A DNA stretch of 64,000 bases from Terriglobia bacterium. Its GTDB lineage: Bacteria; Acidobacteriota; Terriglobia; Bryobacterales; Bryobacteraceae. The stretch covers positions 1,089 to 65,088 of the forward strand of contig CAVPKR010000155.1 of assembly GCA_963705675.1 (NCBI GenBank), written 5' to 3'. The translations under genes and the position numbers were made by a program. Positions 8,541-19,223 of the stretch are shown piece by piece. Each line of letters opens with the position of its first letter. Positions within the stretch are counted from its first letter, which is position 1. The notes below the pieces were generated by a model. That model saw only the letters and a list, made by a program, of their open reading frames with translations, was not told the DNA's origin and made no database searches.

Positions 8541-9140
8541 GTGAAAAAGCTGTGGCTCGGACTTGCAGCGGCAGTGGTGCTAGTTCCTCTCGCCGAAGCG
8601 CATTTTCGGTTGCTTGAGCCGAAATCTTGGGTGGTGGAGAACGATGTTGGCAACCCCCAGAAACCTGGCCCGTGCGGGGGAACCGAGGGGGACGCGAGCA
8701 TCACTACGACCGGCGCGGTGACGCCGGTGCAGGGCGGGCACAAGCTCCACATCAAGGTTCAGGAAACGGTCTACCATCCGGGGCATTACCGGATCGCACT
8801 GGCGGTGACCCGCAATGAACTGCCCGAAGATCCCATCGTCACCACTCGCGACACCGACAAAGGTCCGCGCTCCGTTTCGGCGAAGATCGACAATCCCGTA
8901 AAGATCCCCATCCTAGCCGACGGCTTATTTCAACACACCGCCAGGGCAACGGCGCCTTTCGAAACCGACGTGATGCTCCCCAACATCAACTGCGCCGCCT
9001 GCATTTTGCAGATCGTCGAGTTCATGGCCGAACACGCCTATAACAACCCGGGCGGTTACTCTTATCATCACTGCGCGGTCTTGAACATCACCGCCGATCC
9101 GTCTAAGCCCGTCGATCACGGGTGGCCCGCGGCTCACTGA
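8541..9140 (+). CDS. Secreted LPMO-like protein with a predicted N-terminal histidine after signal cleavage (SCE4755-type polysaccharide monooxygenase-like family, from memory)
   Basis: AAGGAG lies 9 nt before GTG 8541. The signal peptide VKKLWLGLAAAVVLVPLAEA is followed by HFRLLEP. Internal VYHPGHYRI and YSYHHCAVLNI motifs are present. Confidence 0.5.
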   Translation: MKKLWLGLAAAVVLVPLAEAHFRLLEPKSWVVENDVGNPQKPGPCGGTEGDASITTTGAVTPVQGGHKLHIKVQETVYHPGHYRIALAVTRNELPEDPIVTTRDTDKGPRSVSAKIDNPVKIPILADGLFQHTARATAPFETDVMLPNINCAACILQIVEFMAEHAYNNPGGYSYHHCAVLNITADPSKPVDHGWPAAH

Positions 9141-9210
9141 CCCCTTTCCCAGATTCCTGCCCTCTCACTTTTCTCCGCGCTGGGGTTCGGTATGATTCCA
9201 TTGGATCGCC

Positions 9211-10443
9211 ATGCGAAGGGTCTGGCTCTTACTTCTTCTCGGCTCTGCGGCCGTATTCGGCCAATCCGGCCTGCCCGATCCGGCATTCGATAAAGTTCCG
9301 TTCGACGACTGGCTGAAAGAAGCCGGCCAGGCACGCATTCGATGGTCGCTGAAGGTCTTTCCCGCTCGTCTGTCGGAACAGCAGCGCATGGAGAGCTACA
9401 TCTGGGCGATGGTGGACAAGAACGAGTTCGTGAAGCGCCCGATCCGGAAGCGGATGGTCCTCTACATCGAACTTCGCGATCGTGACAACGCGGCCTATCG
9501 ATTCCATAGGACTTTATTTCTCAGGCAAGACTCCAGGGGCGTGGCGGAGGACGTCAAGCTCGTTCAGCACATGTGGATCATGCCCGGCGATTACGAGATC
9601 GCTGCCGCGATGTACGATCCCGAGTCGCAGGAACATCATCTCAAGCGCACCAAACTGCACGTTGCGGAGATTCCTCGCGACCCTCTGGCGGATGCTTGGC
9701 GCGATCTGCCGAAGGTTGAGTTTTCCGACCGGCCCTCCCGATTTTCGCTGCCGGTGGAATCAGAGCGGCCTCTTCGGGTCGAGGTAGTGGTCAACGAACC
9801 GCTGAACCGCAACGCGATGAGCGGTTTGCTCCCACGGCTTCAGGTTATTGCGGGGATGGAGATTCGGAACGGGTCGATGGGAGTCACGCTGCTTGATCTG
9901 GACCGTCGGAAGGTCAGCTTCGCCCAGGAAATTGTCACCCGGCTGGATCGACGGGCCCTGGCTGCGGCGCTGCGCGAGAATGATCCGCACAAGATCGACG
10001 CGCACGCGTTAGAAAATTACAAGGAAAACGCCCAGTTTTTTGTTTCCGAAGTCCGCAAGCGGGTAGAACGCGGTGAACCGGCCGACGCCGCTCGCGTGCT
10101 GATCATCCTGAGCGTGCCGAGGATCTTTTTGAAAGGAGAGAATCTGCGGCCGATTCAGGCGACCCCGGCGCCAGGGACTCGCGTGTTTTATATTCGCTGC
10201 AATTCACGGATCGGTTTAGCCATACCCGACGCGAACTTTCCGATGGAACGACCCCGCTTGAGCGACCTAAAGGACCCGCAGAGACCCACTGCTCGTTCGC
10301 TCAATCCTCATGCGAACGACGACTCGCTTGCAGGAATGCTGAAGCCTCTACATCCTCGTCTGTTCGATGTGACGACGCCCGCTGACTTCCGCAATGCTTT
10401 CGCGGCAATCCTCAACGAGATTTCGCAGCCGCTTCAGCCGTAG
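9211..10443 (+). CDS. Secreted hypothetical protein
   Basis: 410-aa ORF with the signal peptide MRRVWLLLLLGSAAVFGQ. I recognise no family. Confidence 0.5.
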   Translation: MRRVWLLLLLGSAAVFGQSGLPDPAFDKVPFDDWLKEAGQARIRWSLKVFPARLSEQQRMESYIWAMVDKNEFVKRPIRKRMVLYIELRDRDNAAYRFHRTLFLRQDSRGVAEDVKLVQHMWIMPGDYEIAAAMYDPESQEHHLKRTKLHVAEIPRDPLADAWRDLPKVEFSDRPSRFSLPVESERPLRVEVVVNEPLNRNAMSGLLPRLQVIAGMEIRNGSMGVTLLDLDRRKVSFAQEIVTRLDRRALAAALRENDPHKIDAHALENYKENAQFFVSEVRKRVERGEPADAARVLIILSVPRIFLKGENLRPIQATPAPGTRVFYIRCNSRIGLAIPDANFPMERPRLSDLKDPQRPTARSLNPHANDDSLAGMLKPLHPRLFDVTTPADFRNAFAAILNEISQPLQP

Positions 10444-10991
10444 ATGGTCTTCGCCATCTCGACGATTGCTTCCGGCACCAGGTGCTCCCAGGGCTCGCCG
10501 TCCGCAATCCGTCGCCGTACCTCGGTCGAAGAAACGTGATCTAAGCCGGCCGCGAGATTCAGCGATTCGATCCGATGGCGTAGTGACTCTGGCGGCTCAA
10601 ACGAGCCTTGCCGCCCCGCGACCAGCAGCCGAAAATCCTGAAGCATCCTCTCGACAGCTCCCGCTTCGCCGTAATCCCAGGTGAGGATGCGTTCCGCCGC
10701 ATCGCGTCCGCAGATGAAATAAAGCTCCGAGCCGGGTCTTTTACGGGAAAGCTCGCGAGCGATGTCGACGAACAGACCGCCTTCGGTGATCTCGACGCCG
10801 TAGCGGCCGCCTGAAGTAGCGCGTAGCATTTCGAGACGATGCTCCAGCGTCGCGCCGTGAAATTCTTTGTGAGGAAAAGCCCGTGGCGTCACGCAGACGA
10901 CTTCATCGACCACTTGGAGCGCGGCGTCGGCCAAAGCCAGATGCGCCCGGGTGACAGGATTGAACGCGCCCGCCAGAACCCCGAGCTTCAC
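10434..10991 (-). CDS. NadD-like nucleotidyltransferase (cytidylyltransferase superfamily)
   Basis: This is the C-terminal 185 aa of ORF 10434-11714: VKLGVLAGAFNPVTRAHLALAD...YFICGRDAAERI...SSTEVRRRI. The GTG start overlaps the upstream stop as GTGA. Confidence 0.65.
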   Translation of the reverse strand: MKLGVLAGAFNPVTRAHLALADAALQVVDEVVCVTPRAFPHKEFHGATLEHRLEMLRATSGGRYGVEITEGGLFVDIARELSRKRPGSELYFICGRDAAERILTWDYGEAGAVERMLQDFRLLVAGRQGSFEPPESLRHRIESLNLAAGLDHVSSTEVRRRIADGEPWEHLVPEAIVEMAKTIYG

Positions 10992-11714
10992 CGCAGATTC
11001 TTCATCGGCTGCACCGCATGAATCACGCGCCCGCCGCCATCCCGTGCGCCGGCGTAGCTTCCTTCGACTAAGAACAACGTGAGGGATTTCTGCGGATACG
11101 ACAGTCGCCGGTAACGAACACCGCTCGCCAGTTTCCAGCAATCCTCGGCGGGAGGGCCCAGCCTGCTCACGATCGAATCGTAGTCGTCCTGCGCGGTGAA
11201 TGGCAATGAAATTTGCGCCCGGGAGATCGCGGAATGCGATCCCAACGGCCCGTCGCGAAACACGATCAGGACCGCGACGCAAGCCAGCAATCCGGTGGCG
11301 ACTGTGCCGAGCACGATCCGCGCCCCGCCGCCCGATTCGACGCGAATGCCCACTACCGGGGCCGGCGGCCCGGCCTGGCGCGCGCGAAGATTCATCCGGC
11401 CGGCGAGGCATTTCGATCACGCGCCGCACCAGCGGGAGCACCGTGCCGGCGTGCAGTTCCAGCTCCTTCGCCAGCCCGACGATCATCACAGGAGCATCGG
11501 TGCTCGAAACCCCGCAGACGAAGCGCCGCGGAATCCATAACTCTATCGACGTCGCCGTGTTGATCACCTGAATGTCGCTCCACGTCGCGCGTTGGAACAG
11601 CCAGCGATTCTCGCCGCCGTTGACGATCGGGGGATCGAAAGAGAAGGGACGTTGCGGTTGGAACGGGAACGATCCGGGCAGGTCGAGCGGCGTGGGGATC
11701 GGTGGTACGGACAC
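10988..11714 (-). CDS. Hypothetical single-pass membrane protein, split by a frameshift near 11400
   Basis: The plausible N-terminus of ORF 10434-11714 (MSVPPIPTPLDLPG...LVRRVIEMP) joins ORF 10988-11395 (LRARQAGPPAPVVGIRVESGGGARIVLGTVATGLLACVAVLIVF...) after a 1-nt shift. The rest of the 426-aa ORF is Arg-rich out-of-frame sequence. Confidence 0.5.
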
Positions 11715-11758
11715 GCAATTCCATTGTATTCTGACCGGGGGCCAGTCGCTACAATGGA

Positions 11759-12490
11759 ATGGTGAGGTTCGCCGCTGCCGCGCTGATGCTCTGCTTCTGT
11801 GCCTTCGCGCAATCCCCCATCAAAGTGGAGTACGCCTGCCCGGCCGAGGATATCGAATCGTTCGGCATGTCGTGTTCGGGCGAGGAGCCGTGCGAAGTCT
11901 TCCTGGAACTTTCTTCGGTGGAAGCGATCGGCCCGCACTGGTTCGCCGCTGGCAATCTACATACTGGATCGACGACGCTGTATTCAGTACTGATGCAAAG
12001 CGACGACGACGGTAAGACTTGGACTGAACCGGTCAAGCGGATTCACGCCTCCGCGCTCGAACAGATCCAGTTTCTCGATTTCGCCAATGGCTGGATCGGC
12101 GGCCAGGTGATTGAGCCTCTGCCCAAAGATCCATTTTTCCTGATGACCACCGACGGCGGAAAAACGTGGACCCAGAAGCCCATGTTCGAAGAATCGCAAT
12201 TTGGGGCTGTCTCGCAGTTCTGGTTCGATTCGCGGACCACCGGCGAAGTGGTGATCGACCATCGGAATGGCCGCGCCATCGGACACGAGGTGTATTCGAC
12301 CAGCACCGGCGGTGAAAGCTGGGAGATGAAGGAGGCCACTGCTAAGCCGGTTACTTTAAAGGGAGCGAGGAAAGAAGACGCGAAGTTTCGCCTGAGAGCC
12401 GACGGAAAGCTATTCCACATCGAACGGCGCGGAGGCACGCGCTGGGACCCGGTGGCGAACTTCGCCATTCACGTCGCGGATTGCAAATAG
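11759..12490 (+). CDS. Secreted BNR/Ycf48-like repeat protein
   Basis: Signal peptide plus repeated SxDxGxTW-type motifs (QSDDDGKTWTE, TTDGGKTWTQ, STGGESWEM). Confidence 0.6.
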   Translation: MVRFAAAALMLCFCAFAQSPIKVEYACPAEDIESFGMSCSGEEPCEVFLELSSVEAIGPHWFAAGNLHTGSTTLYSVLMQSDDDGKTWTEPVKRIHASALEQIQFLDFANGWIGGQVIEPLPKDPFFLMTTDGGKTWTQKPMFEESQFGAVSQFWFDSRTTGEVVIDHRNGRAIGHEVYSTSTGGESWEMKEATAKPVTLKGARKEDAKFRLRADGKLFHIERRGGTRWDPVANFAIHVADCK

Positions 12491-12491
12491 G

Positions 12492-13862
12492 TCAGCGCAG
12501 CGACTGGCGGATCTTTTGCCCGTATTCCGCCGCCTTCGCCAGGACCGTGGCACGGTCGAGCGTCAACATCTTCCGATCGCGCACAATCGGCCGCCCGTTC
12601 ACCATAACGTCCGCCACATCCGAGGCTTTCAGAGCATACGCGAGCTGTGAATAGACGTTATACATCGGGGCGGCGTGCGGAGCGTCAAGCGAGATCGTGA
12701 TCATGTCGGCTCGCTTGCCTTTTTCGAGCGACCCGATCAGCCGGTCCATCCTCAATGCCCGCGCCCCCAGGATGGTCGCCATCGCGAAGGCCTGCTCCGC
12801 CGGCAGCGCGCGCGGGTCGCCGGTGGAGACTTTTTGCAGCTTCGCGGCCAGGTCCATTTCTTCCATCAAGTCATGATCGTTATTCGAACCGGCTACGCCG
12901 TCGGTGCCGAGGCCCATGGCGATTCCGAGGTCTAAAATCTTCACTACCGGCGCGACTCCGCTGGCGAGCTTCATGTTGCTCGAAGGACAATGCGCCAGTC
13001 CTACGCCGCGCGCCTTGACGATTTTCAAATCCGCGTCATCGAGCCAGACGCCGTGCGCCGCGATGGTCCAGCCGGTAAGCACCCCCATCGCATCCAGGGC
13101 GGCTGTGGGTGTCTTATGATACTTCGCCAATGCGTCGTCATTTTCCTTTTTCGTCTCGGCGAGATGAATCACCAGCGGCTTTCTATAACGGTCAGCGAGG
13201 GCGCGCGCGGCCTTCAGATCCTCATCTGAATTGGTATAAATCGCATGAGGAGCCACGGCCGGGATGATCAACGGGTCGTTGGCGAATTCCTTAAAAAACC
13301 GCTCGGTCGCCGCCAGCGTTTCCTTGGGAGTCTTGTAATCCGGGGCGGGGAAGCCGATCATGGTCTGTCCCAGCACGCCGCGCATCCCCGCTTCTTTGGT
13401 GGTCTGCGCGATCGCGTCTTCGAAATAATACATGTCGACGTAAGTCGTGATTCCGCCGAGCGCCATTTCGAGACACGCCAGCCTCGTTCCCCAGCGCACG
13501 AACTCCGCGTCGACATTCTTAGCTTCGGCCGGGAAGATAAACTTTTCCAGCCAGTCCTGGAGCTTCAAATCGTCGGCGATCCCGCGGAACAGGGACATCG
13601 GCGCATGCGTGTGGGTATTGATCAACCCGGGGGTTAGGAGGGCGTCGCCCCGGTCTACCCGAGCCTTCGCCTGCCACGCCTTGTCGATCGCGGCGCGCGG
13701 CCCCACGTCGACGATGTGATCCCCGACAATCGCCACGGCGCCATTCTCAATCACGCGCCGCTGAGCGTCCATGGTGACCACCCAGTGCGCGCTCCAGATC
13801 CAATCGGCGGGCGCGGCGTGCGCCAGAGCGGCGAAAATCAGAAGACTAAAGAAACGACGCAT
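12492..13862 (-). CDS. Amidohydrolase family protein (MtaD / aminohydrolase-like) with a signal peptide
   Basis: GLINTHTHAPMSLFRGIADDLKLQDWL contains the HxH metal motif. Other matches are HLAETKKE, GTDGVAGSNNDHDLMEEM. Confidence 0.8.
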   Translation of the reverse strand: MRRFFSLLIFAALAHAAPADWIWSAHWVVTMDAQRRVIENGAVAIVGDHIVDVGPRAAIDKAWQAKARVDRGDALLTPGLINTHTHAPMSLFRGIADDLKLQDWLEKFIFPAEAKNVDAEFVRWGTRLACLEMALGGITTYVDMYYFEDAIAQTTKEAGMRGVLGQTMIGFPAPDYKTPKETLAATERFFKEFANDPLIIPAVAPHAIYTNSDEDLKAARALADRYRKPLVIHLAETKKENDDALAKYHKTPTAALDAMGVLTGWTIAAHGVWLDDADLKIVKARGVGLAHCPSSNMKLASGVAPVVKILDLGIAMGLGTDGVAGSNNDHDLMEEMDLAAKLQKVSTGDPRALPAEQAFAMATILGARALRMDRLIGSLEKGKRADMITISLDAPHAAPMYNVYSQLAYALKASDVADVMVNGRPIVRDRKMLTLDRATVLAKAAEYGQKIRQSLR

Positions 13863-14233
13863 CGAATGGCCTCGGGAACAGATCTTTCAACTGGAGCGTC
13901 TCGCGAGCCCCGTGAAGATTCGTCAAGATAACTTCGATATCTCCGCAAAATTCCCACAGGATCTGCCGGGCAAGCCCCGCACGGCGGCGTCAGCGAATCC
14001 GTGTCGGCGGCGATCGCGATGCGGACAAACTCGCGTGCTCCCTCTGAGATCGCCTTGAAAACCGCGAGTCGTTCGGCACATAGAGTCAGCCCATAAGTGG
14101 CGTTTTCGACATTGCATCCGGTGTGAATCCGCCCGGTTGAATCGAGCAGCGCCGCGCCCACCTGGAAATTCGAAAACGGAGCGTGAGCGCGCTCCCGGAC
14201 CGCCAGCGCCGCGTCGATAAGAGAATCATACAT
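13846..14233 (-). CDS. cdd: Cytidine deaminase, frameshifted near 13968 (CCC/GGG run)
   Basis: FQVGAALLDSTGRIHTGCNVENATYGLTLCAERLAVFKA and PPCGAC are in frame. After a 1-nt shift the text becomes (R)QILWEFCGDIEVILTNLHGARETLQLKDLFPRPF..., the expected family C-terminus. Confidence 0.8.
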
Positions 14234-14291
14234 GTAGATGACTTACAGTTTATCGTCCGCGTCGTCCAATCTGTGTTAGCCTGACCATCTT

Positions 14292-15617
14292 ATGCCGGAT
14301 TCCAGCCGCATCTCTAACGCCGTCAAATGGACCGTCTGTGCAGTCGCCGCACTTGGCTTCCTGGTCGACATCTACGCGATCCTGGTAGCCCCGTTGATCC
14401 TCCAGCCGGCCCTTTTAGAACTGGGCAAACTGCGACCCGGCACACCCGAGTATCGCGACTGGGCCGCTTACCTTTTCTGGATTCCACCACTTGCCGGGGG
14501 CGTCTTCGGTCTGATCGGCGGCTATCTGACGGATCGAGTCGGCCGCAAGCGAATCCTGGTCTGGACCATTCTGATTTACGTCATATCGGCCGTCGCCGCG
14601 GGTTACTCGACGTCGCTCGGATGGCTGCTGGTGTGGCGCACACTGAGCTTCATCGACGCCTGCGTGGAATTTGTCGCCTCGGTTGCCTGGCTCGCGGAGC
14701 TGTTCCCGGAACCGAAAATGCGCGAGACGGTTCTCGGCTGGACCCAGGCATTCTCGTCATTAGGCGGAGTCGCGGTTTCGCAGGCGAACTATCTGGCGAA
14801 TCATTTTCACTTGTCGCTGCCTGAAATCTATGGCGGCCATTCGGCTTGGCGCTACACACTAATCTCCGCCGTATTGCCCGCGATTCCGTTAGCGATCATA
14901 CGCCCGTTCCTGCCCGAATCCCCCTTGTGGAAACAGAAGCGCGACGCCGGTACTTTGAAACGCCCCCATTTCTCCGAGTTGTTCCAGCCCGCATACCGGA
15001 GAACCACGATCGTTACGTCGCTCCTGTTCGCCTGCGCCTATGGAGCCGCTTTCGGAGCCATCCAGCAAGCTCCGCAAATCACGCCCGGCCTTCAGGAAGT
15101 GGTTCATTTGACGCCGCAAGCCCGCGGTGAAACCGTAGCCAAGGTGCAGCAGATGCAGGAATGGGGAGGCTTGGTGGGACGCATCGCGCTGGCGCTGCTG
15201 GCCGTTGTAATCGTCAGCCGGCGTGCGCTTCTCCGGATCTTCCTGATACCCGGAATTTTCATCGTCCCCTGGGTGTTCTACTATCCCGCCACGCACAGCC
15301 TGGAACTGCTGCGCTACGGAATGTTTTTCGCCGGAATCTGCACGGTGGCGCAATTGAGCTTCTGGGGAAATTACCTGCCGCGAGTCTACCCGCTTCACCT
15401 GCGAGGAACCGGCGAGGGCTTCGCGGCCAATGTCGGCGGAAGAATGCTCGGTACCTCGGCGGCCTATGTGACGACCCATCTCGCCGGCTCGATGTCGGGC
15501 ACGACTCCTTCGGTCCGGCTGGCCTACGCGGCGGCGTCGGTGGCGCTGTTCGTATATGCTTTGGCGCTGGTCCTGAGCTTCTTCCTGCCCGAACCTCCGG
15601 AGCACATCGGCGATTGA
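14292..15617 (+). CDS. MFS transporter
   Basis: 441-aa protein with about 12 TM segments. It carries the GGYLTDRVGRKR loop motif between TM2 and TM3. Confidence 0.8.
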   Translation: MPDSSRISNAVKWTVCAVAALGFLVDIYAILVAPLILQPALLELGKLRPGTPEYRDWAAYLFWIPPLAGGVFGLIGGYLTDRVGRKRILVWTILIYVISAVAAGYSTSLGWLLVWRTLSFIDACVEFVASVAWLAELFPEPKMRETVLGWTQAFSSLGGVAVSQANYLANHFHLSLPEIYGGHSAWRYTLISAVLPAIPLAIIRPFLPESPLWKQKRDAGTLKRPHFSELFQPAYRRTTIVTSLLFACAYGAAFGAIQQAPQITPGLQEVVHLTPQARGETVAKVQQMQEWGGLVGRIALALLAVVIVSRRALLRIFLIPGIFIVPWVFYYPATHSLELLRYGMFFAGICTVAQLSFWGNYLPRVYPLHLRGTGEGFAANVGGRMLGTSAAYVTTHLAGSMSGTTPSVRLAYAAASVALFVYALALVLSFFLPEPPEHIGD

Positions 15618-16066
15618 AGCGCAGCGCGGGTCTGCTTTTGTATAGAAAGGTAAACGCGATCGTCGAAGTGTTCCTGGTGCATCCCGGAGGACCCTTCTGG
15701 TCGAAGAAAGACGACGGAGCGTGGTCCATTCCCAAGGGCGAATACTTGGACGGCGAAGATCCCCTAGCAGCGGCAAGGCGCGAAGTAGAGGAAGAGACGA
15801 GTTTTTCCATCGACGGCGACTTCATGCCGCTCGGGGAAGCGAGACAGCCCAGCGGAAAAATCGTCACCGCCTGGACGATTGAAAAGAACCTCGATCCACA
15901 ATTGGTGAAGAGCAATACCTTTTCGTTGGAATGGCCGCCGAAATCCGGCAAGATGAAGATTTTTCCCGAGGTGGACAAAGGTGCGTGGTTCTCGATGGCC
16001 GACGCTAAGAGGAAGATTTTGAAGGGGCAGGCGGTGTTTTTGGATCGATTAGCAAATTTGCTATAG
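15614..16066 (+). CDS. NUDIX hydrolase
   Basis: The Nudix box GEYLDGEDPLAAARREVEEETSF is present. The TTG start overlaps the MFS stop. Only the 3' part of ORF 15161-16066 is real. Confidence 0.8.
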   Translation: MKRSAGLLLYRKVNAIVEVFLVHPGGPFWSKKDDGAWSIPKGEYLDGEDPLAAARREVEEETSFSIDGDFMPLGEARQPSGKIVTAWTIEKNLDPQLVKSNTFSLEWPPKSGKMKIFPEVDKGAWFSMADAKRKILKGQAVFLDRLANLL

Positions 16067-16235
16067 TGGCATTTCCGGATGGGACTTCGCACGGTAAGGT
16101 CGGGATCGTCTCTGCGCAAGGAACACGGTGTATGGGTGTACCGCAGTAGCAAGAAACTTACCGCGGACAAGACCAATCAAGTTCTTCAGGATATGCGGGA
16201 CCAGCGCGACCGAGCGGCCCTAGCTTCTTTAACGA

Positions 16236-18658
16236 CTACTCATACCGCAGCGCCGTCAGCGGATCTGCCCGCGTAACCCGCAACGCCGGAACATAGCAAG
16301 CGATCGCAGCGACGGATAGCAACACCGCGGATACGCAGAAAATCGTCAACGGATCCGCGAAGCTTACTCCGAACAGCATCCCGCTGAGCAGTTTGCCGAG
16401 GGTCAAGGCGGCTGCGATCCCCGCAGCCAAGCCGATCGCGACCGGAGTCAGACCTTGCCGTACCACTTGGGAGCGGAGGTTCGAGGAGGTCGCGCCCAGG
16501 GCCATCCGGATGCCCATCTCGCCGCGCCGCTGCTGCACTGAGTACGAAACCACGCCGTAAATTCCCAGGCTCGCCAGCACCAACCCAATTCCGGAGAACA
16601 TCATCACCAGAATCAGCTGGAATCGCCGCTGCTCTACCGACGCCGAAACGATCTCGCGCATGGTCCGGAGCCGAGGAACGGGAAGCTCCGAGTCCAGCTT
16701 GCGAATCTCGCCGCGCACGGCCTGCGAGAGAGATGCCGGATCGACCGCCGTCCGCACCACCAGGGACATATCGCGCTGATCGCGCTGCCAATACGGAAGG
16801 TAGACCGTTAGTTGCACTGATTTCTGCAGGGTGTGAGAACGTACGTCAGCGGCGATTCCCACCACTTCCAGCAGCGGTGAGGTCTCATCGCCCATATGAA
16901 AAGACTTCCCCAGTGCATTCTCGCCCGGCCACACACGCGCTGCCGCGGACGCGGAGATAACCGCCACCCGCTTCTGATCGTTGGCCTGAAACGCGCGGCC
17001 AGCCACCAAAGGAATGCCCATGACGTGGAAATAATCCTCGCTGATACTTCGCCGGTCGGCCACGGGACGCTGGGTGACCGGAATACTTCCGTCCACCGTG
17101 ATGCTATTGTTATTTCCCTCTGAGGTGAGTGGAAGAATGTTCGAGACCGCAACGTCGCTTACGCCTGGGGTGGAGCGAACATTATCGATCAGGTTCTTCA
17201 GAAACCTGGCGCGCGTGGACGGATCCGGATAGCGGCGGCTGGGAAACTTATATCGGCCGTGGTAATTCGCTCGACCTCGAAACCTCGATCCACCTGCATC
17301 AGGCGAACGAAGCTGTTCAGCAAGAGTCCTGCCGCGATCAGGCACACCGTGCTCAAACCCACTTCGAAGGCTACCAGGGAGGAGCGAAGGCGCCCGCTCT
17401 GCCGGCTCTCAGTGGAGCCTCTGGCGCTGCTCTTCAGGGCTTCCTGGGGATCGCCCCGCGAACCGCGCCACGCCGGCATGAACCCGAACAGCAGGGCGGA
17501 GCCGAGCGTCAACAGGATCGCGAAACCCAGCACGCGGGCATCGATCTGGATTTCGGCCACGCGCGGCAGATCCGCGGGCGCGTTGGCCACGATCATCGCC
17601 AGGCTTTGGTACGCGAGCCCGATTCCCAGCGCTCCGCCGATCGCCGCGAACAGCAGGCTTTCGGCCATCATCTGGCGCATCAGCCGACTGGAGCTCGCGC
17701 CGATCGCCGCGCGAATCGCCAGTTCCCGGCGGCGGGTTGTGGCGCGAGCCAGCAGAAGATTCGCAACGTTGACGCAAACGATCAGCAATATCGCTCCGAC
17801 GGCGCCCAACAGCAACAGCAATCCCTCGCGCGATCGTCCCGTGATCTGCGCTTGCAGCGGAACCAGCTCCGCTCTCAGGACCACATTCTGCTTTACAAGT
17901 CGCTGGATAATCCCTTCCTGAATCGCGTTCAGTTCGGCTAGGGCTTGCGACGGGGAAACTCCGGGTTTCAGGCGGACCAGTCCGGCGAAGTTCAGGTCGC
18001 CCATGGGAGAAAGCTCTTCGTCGCGAATCGCCAGCGGCTTCCACAGGTCTGGATTCACATCGCCGTATTTCATGCTTTGAAGCTGGCTGAGCTTGGGAAC
18101 TACTAGTCCTGACGGCAGTACGCCGATCACTTCGTACGGCACACCGTCGAGCAGAAGCTTTCTTCCCAGGACGCCAGGATCGGAGTGGAACCGCCGCCGC
18201 CACAGACTATCGGCCACCATGACCACCTTATCGCGTCCCGGGTGGTCTTCCTCGCTAAGGAAATTTCGCCCCAACTGCGCCTGGACGCCGAGTAGCGGAA
18301 ACAGTCCAGCGGAAGCACGCCCCAGGGTCAGTTTTTCCGGCTCGCCATCCGATGTAAGATTCACGGAGTACACGGAAAAAATCGCGATCTGCTGGGCGGC
18401 GCGCCAGTCCCTCTGCCATTCGAGAAAGTGATGCGCGCTGACGGGGAGCGGGGCGCTGGCGGCAAACTGGGGCACCAATTCCTGGACCGCGTATAGACGC
18501 TCCGGATTCTCGAAGGGCAGGGGACGGAGCAACACCCCGTTCACGATGCTGAACATCGCCGTGTTGGCGCCGATGCCGACGGCCAGAATCAGAATGACGA
18601 TGGCGGAAAATCCCGGATTGCGGCCAAGCGTTCGAATGGCATAGCGAAGATCGGGCAT
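16236..18658 (-). CDS. ADOP-family (TIGR03434) MacB-like ABC transporter permease, split by a frameshift near 17245
   Basis: The N-terminus is MPDLRYAIRTLGRNPGFSAIVILILAVGIGANTAMFSIVNGVLLRPLPF. ORFs 17198-18706 and 16236-17345 join as ...ERITTADI(S)FPSRRYPDPSTRARFLKNL. The C-terminus is RADPLTALRYE. Confidence 0.85.
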
Positions 18659-18698
18659 GAAGATAGCTACGTTATTCGACGCCCGAAGTTCGCAGAAA

Positions 18699-19157
18699 TT
18701 AGGCAAATTTCTGGTCGGCGCCTACGCGGCCTGTCTCAATCGCAGCCGCATAATAATTCTCGCCTCGAGTAGGCGACCCAGACATTCGCCGCATCATCGC
18801 GAGTTGGCCGATGTGCGTCAGCGAATCGGCCAACGGGCCCTGAAACAGCCTTTCGAGCGGAGCGTGAACAGTCTCCCCCGAAGCCAGGTGCGCATCCAGG
18901 GCCGCCAAGGTGGAGAAGAACCGATCGACTTCCTGGTCCCAGGCGAGCGGCGTCGAAGGCTTCCAGCTCTTGTCGCCCTGGGACATTCGCAGCGACCATT
19001 CGAACAGATCGCCGAGGTGCGCCAGGATCTCCACGGGAGGCTTACCGGCGCCGTTGAAGGCGGCGAATCCAGCCGGCGCATCGCGGATCGTTTTCCCGCC
19101 TCGATAGGCGATGGTTGCCAAAGTGTGTCGAATCAGGTCGCGTTTAGGCTCGGGCAT
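18699..19157 (-). CDS. DinB-family (four-helix bundle) protein
   Basis: 152 aa with HTLATIAYRG..., ILAHLGDLFEW and LTHIGQLAMMRR, the His-containing helices typical of DinB-like proteins. Confidence 0.55.
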   Translation of the reverse strand: MPEPKRDLIRHTLATIAYRGGKTIRDAPAGFAAFNGAGKPPVEILAHLGDLFEWSLRMSQGDKSWKPSTPLAWDQEVDRFFSTLAALDAHLASGETVHAPLERLFQGPLADSLTHIGQLAMMRRMSGSPTRGENYYAAAIETGRVGADQKFA

Positions 19158-19223
19158 AAACGTATTTCAGATCCTGACGGTCGCGGCGTGCGAGGATAAG
19201 TCTATGCGGGGCGCACTATTCCA

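Noticed and set aside
10434-11714. The 426-aa ORF as a single fusion protein
   Set aside because: Its central ~130 aa are Arg/Pro/Gly-rich out-of-frame text. The region resolves into a NadD-like gene (10434-10991) and a separate frameshifted upstream gene whose real C-terminus is ORF 10988-11395.
16079-16276. The 65-aa ORF as a VapB/AbrB-like antitoxin
   Set aside because: There is only a vague resemblance (GVWVYRS...DMRDQRDRA). No partner toxin is present, and its 3' end overlaps the convergent permease gene. The evidence is insufficient to call it.
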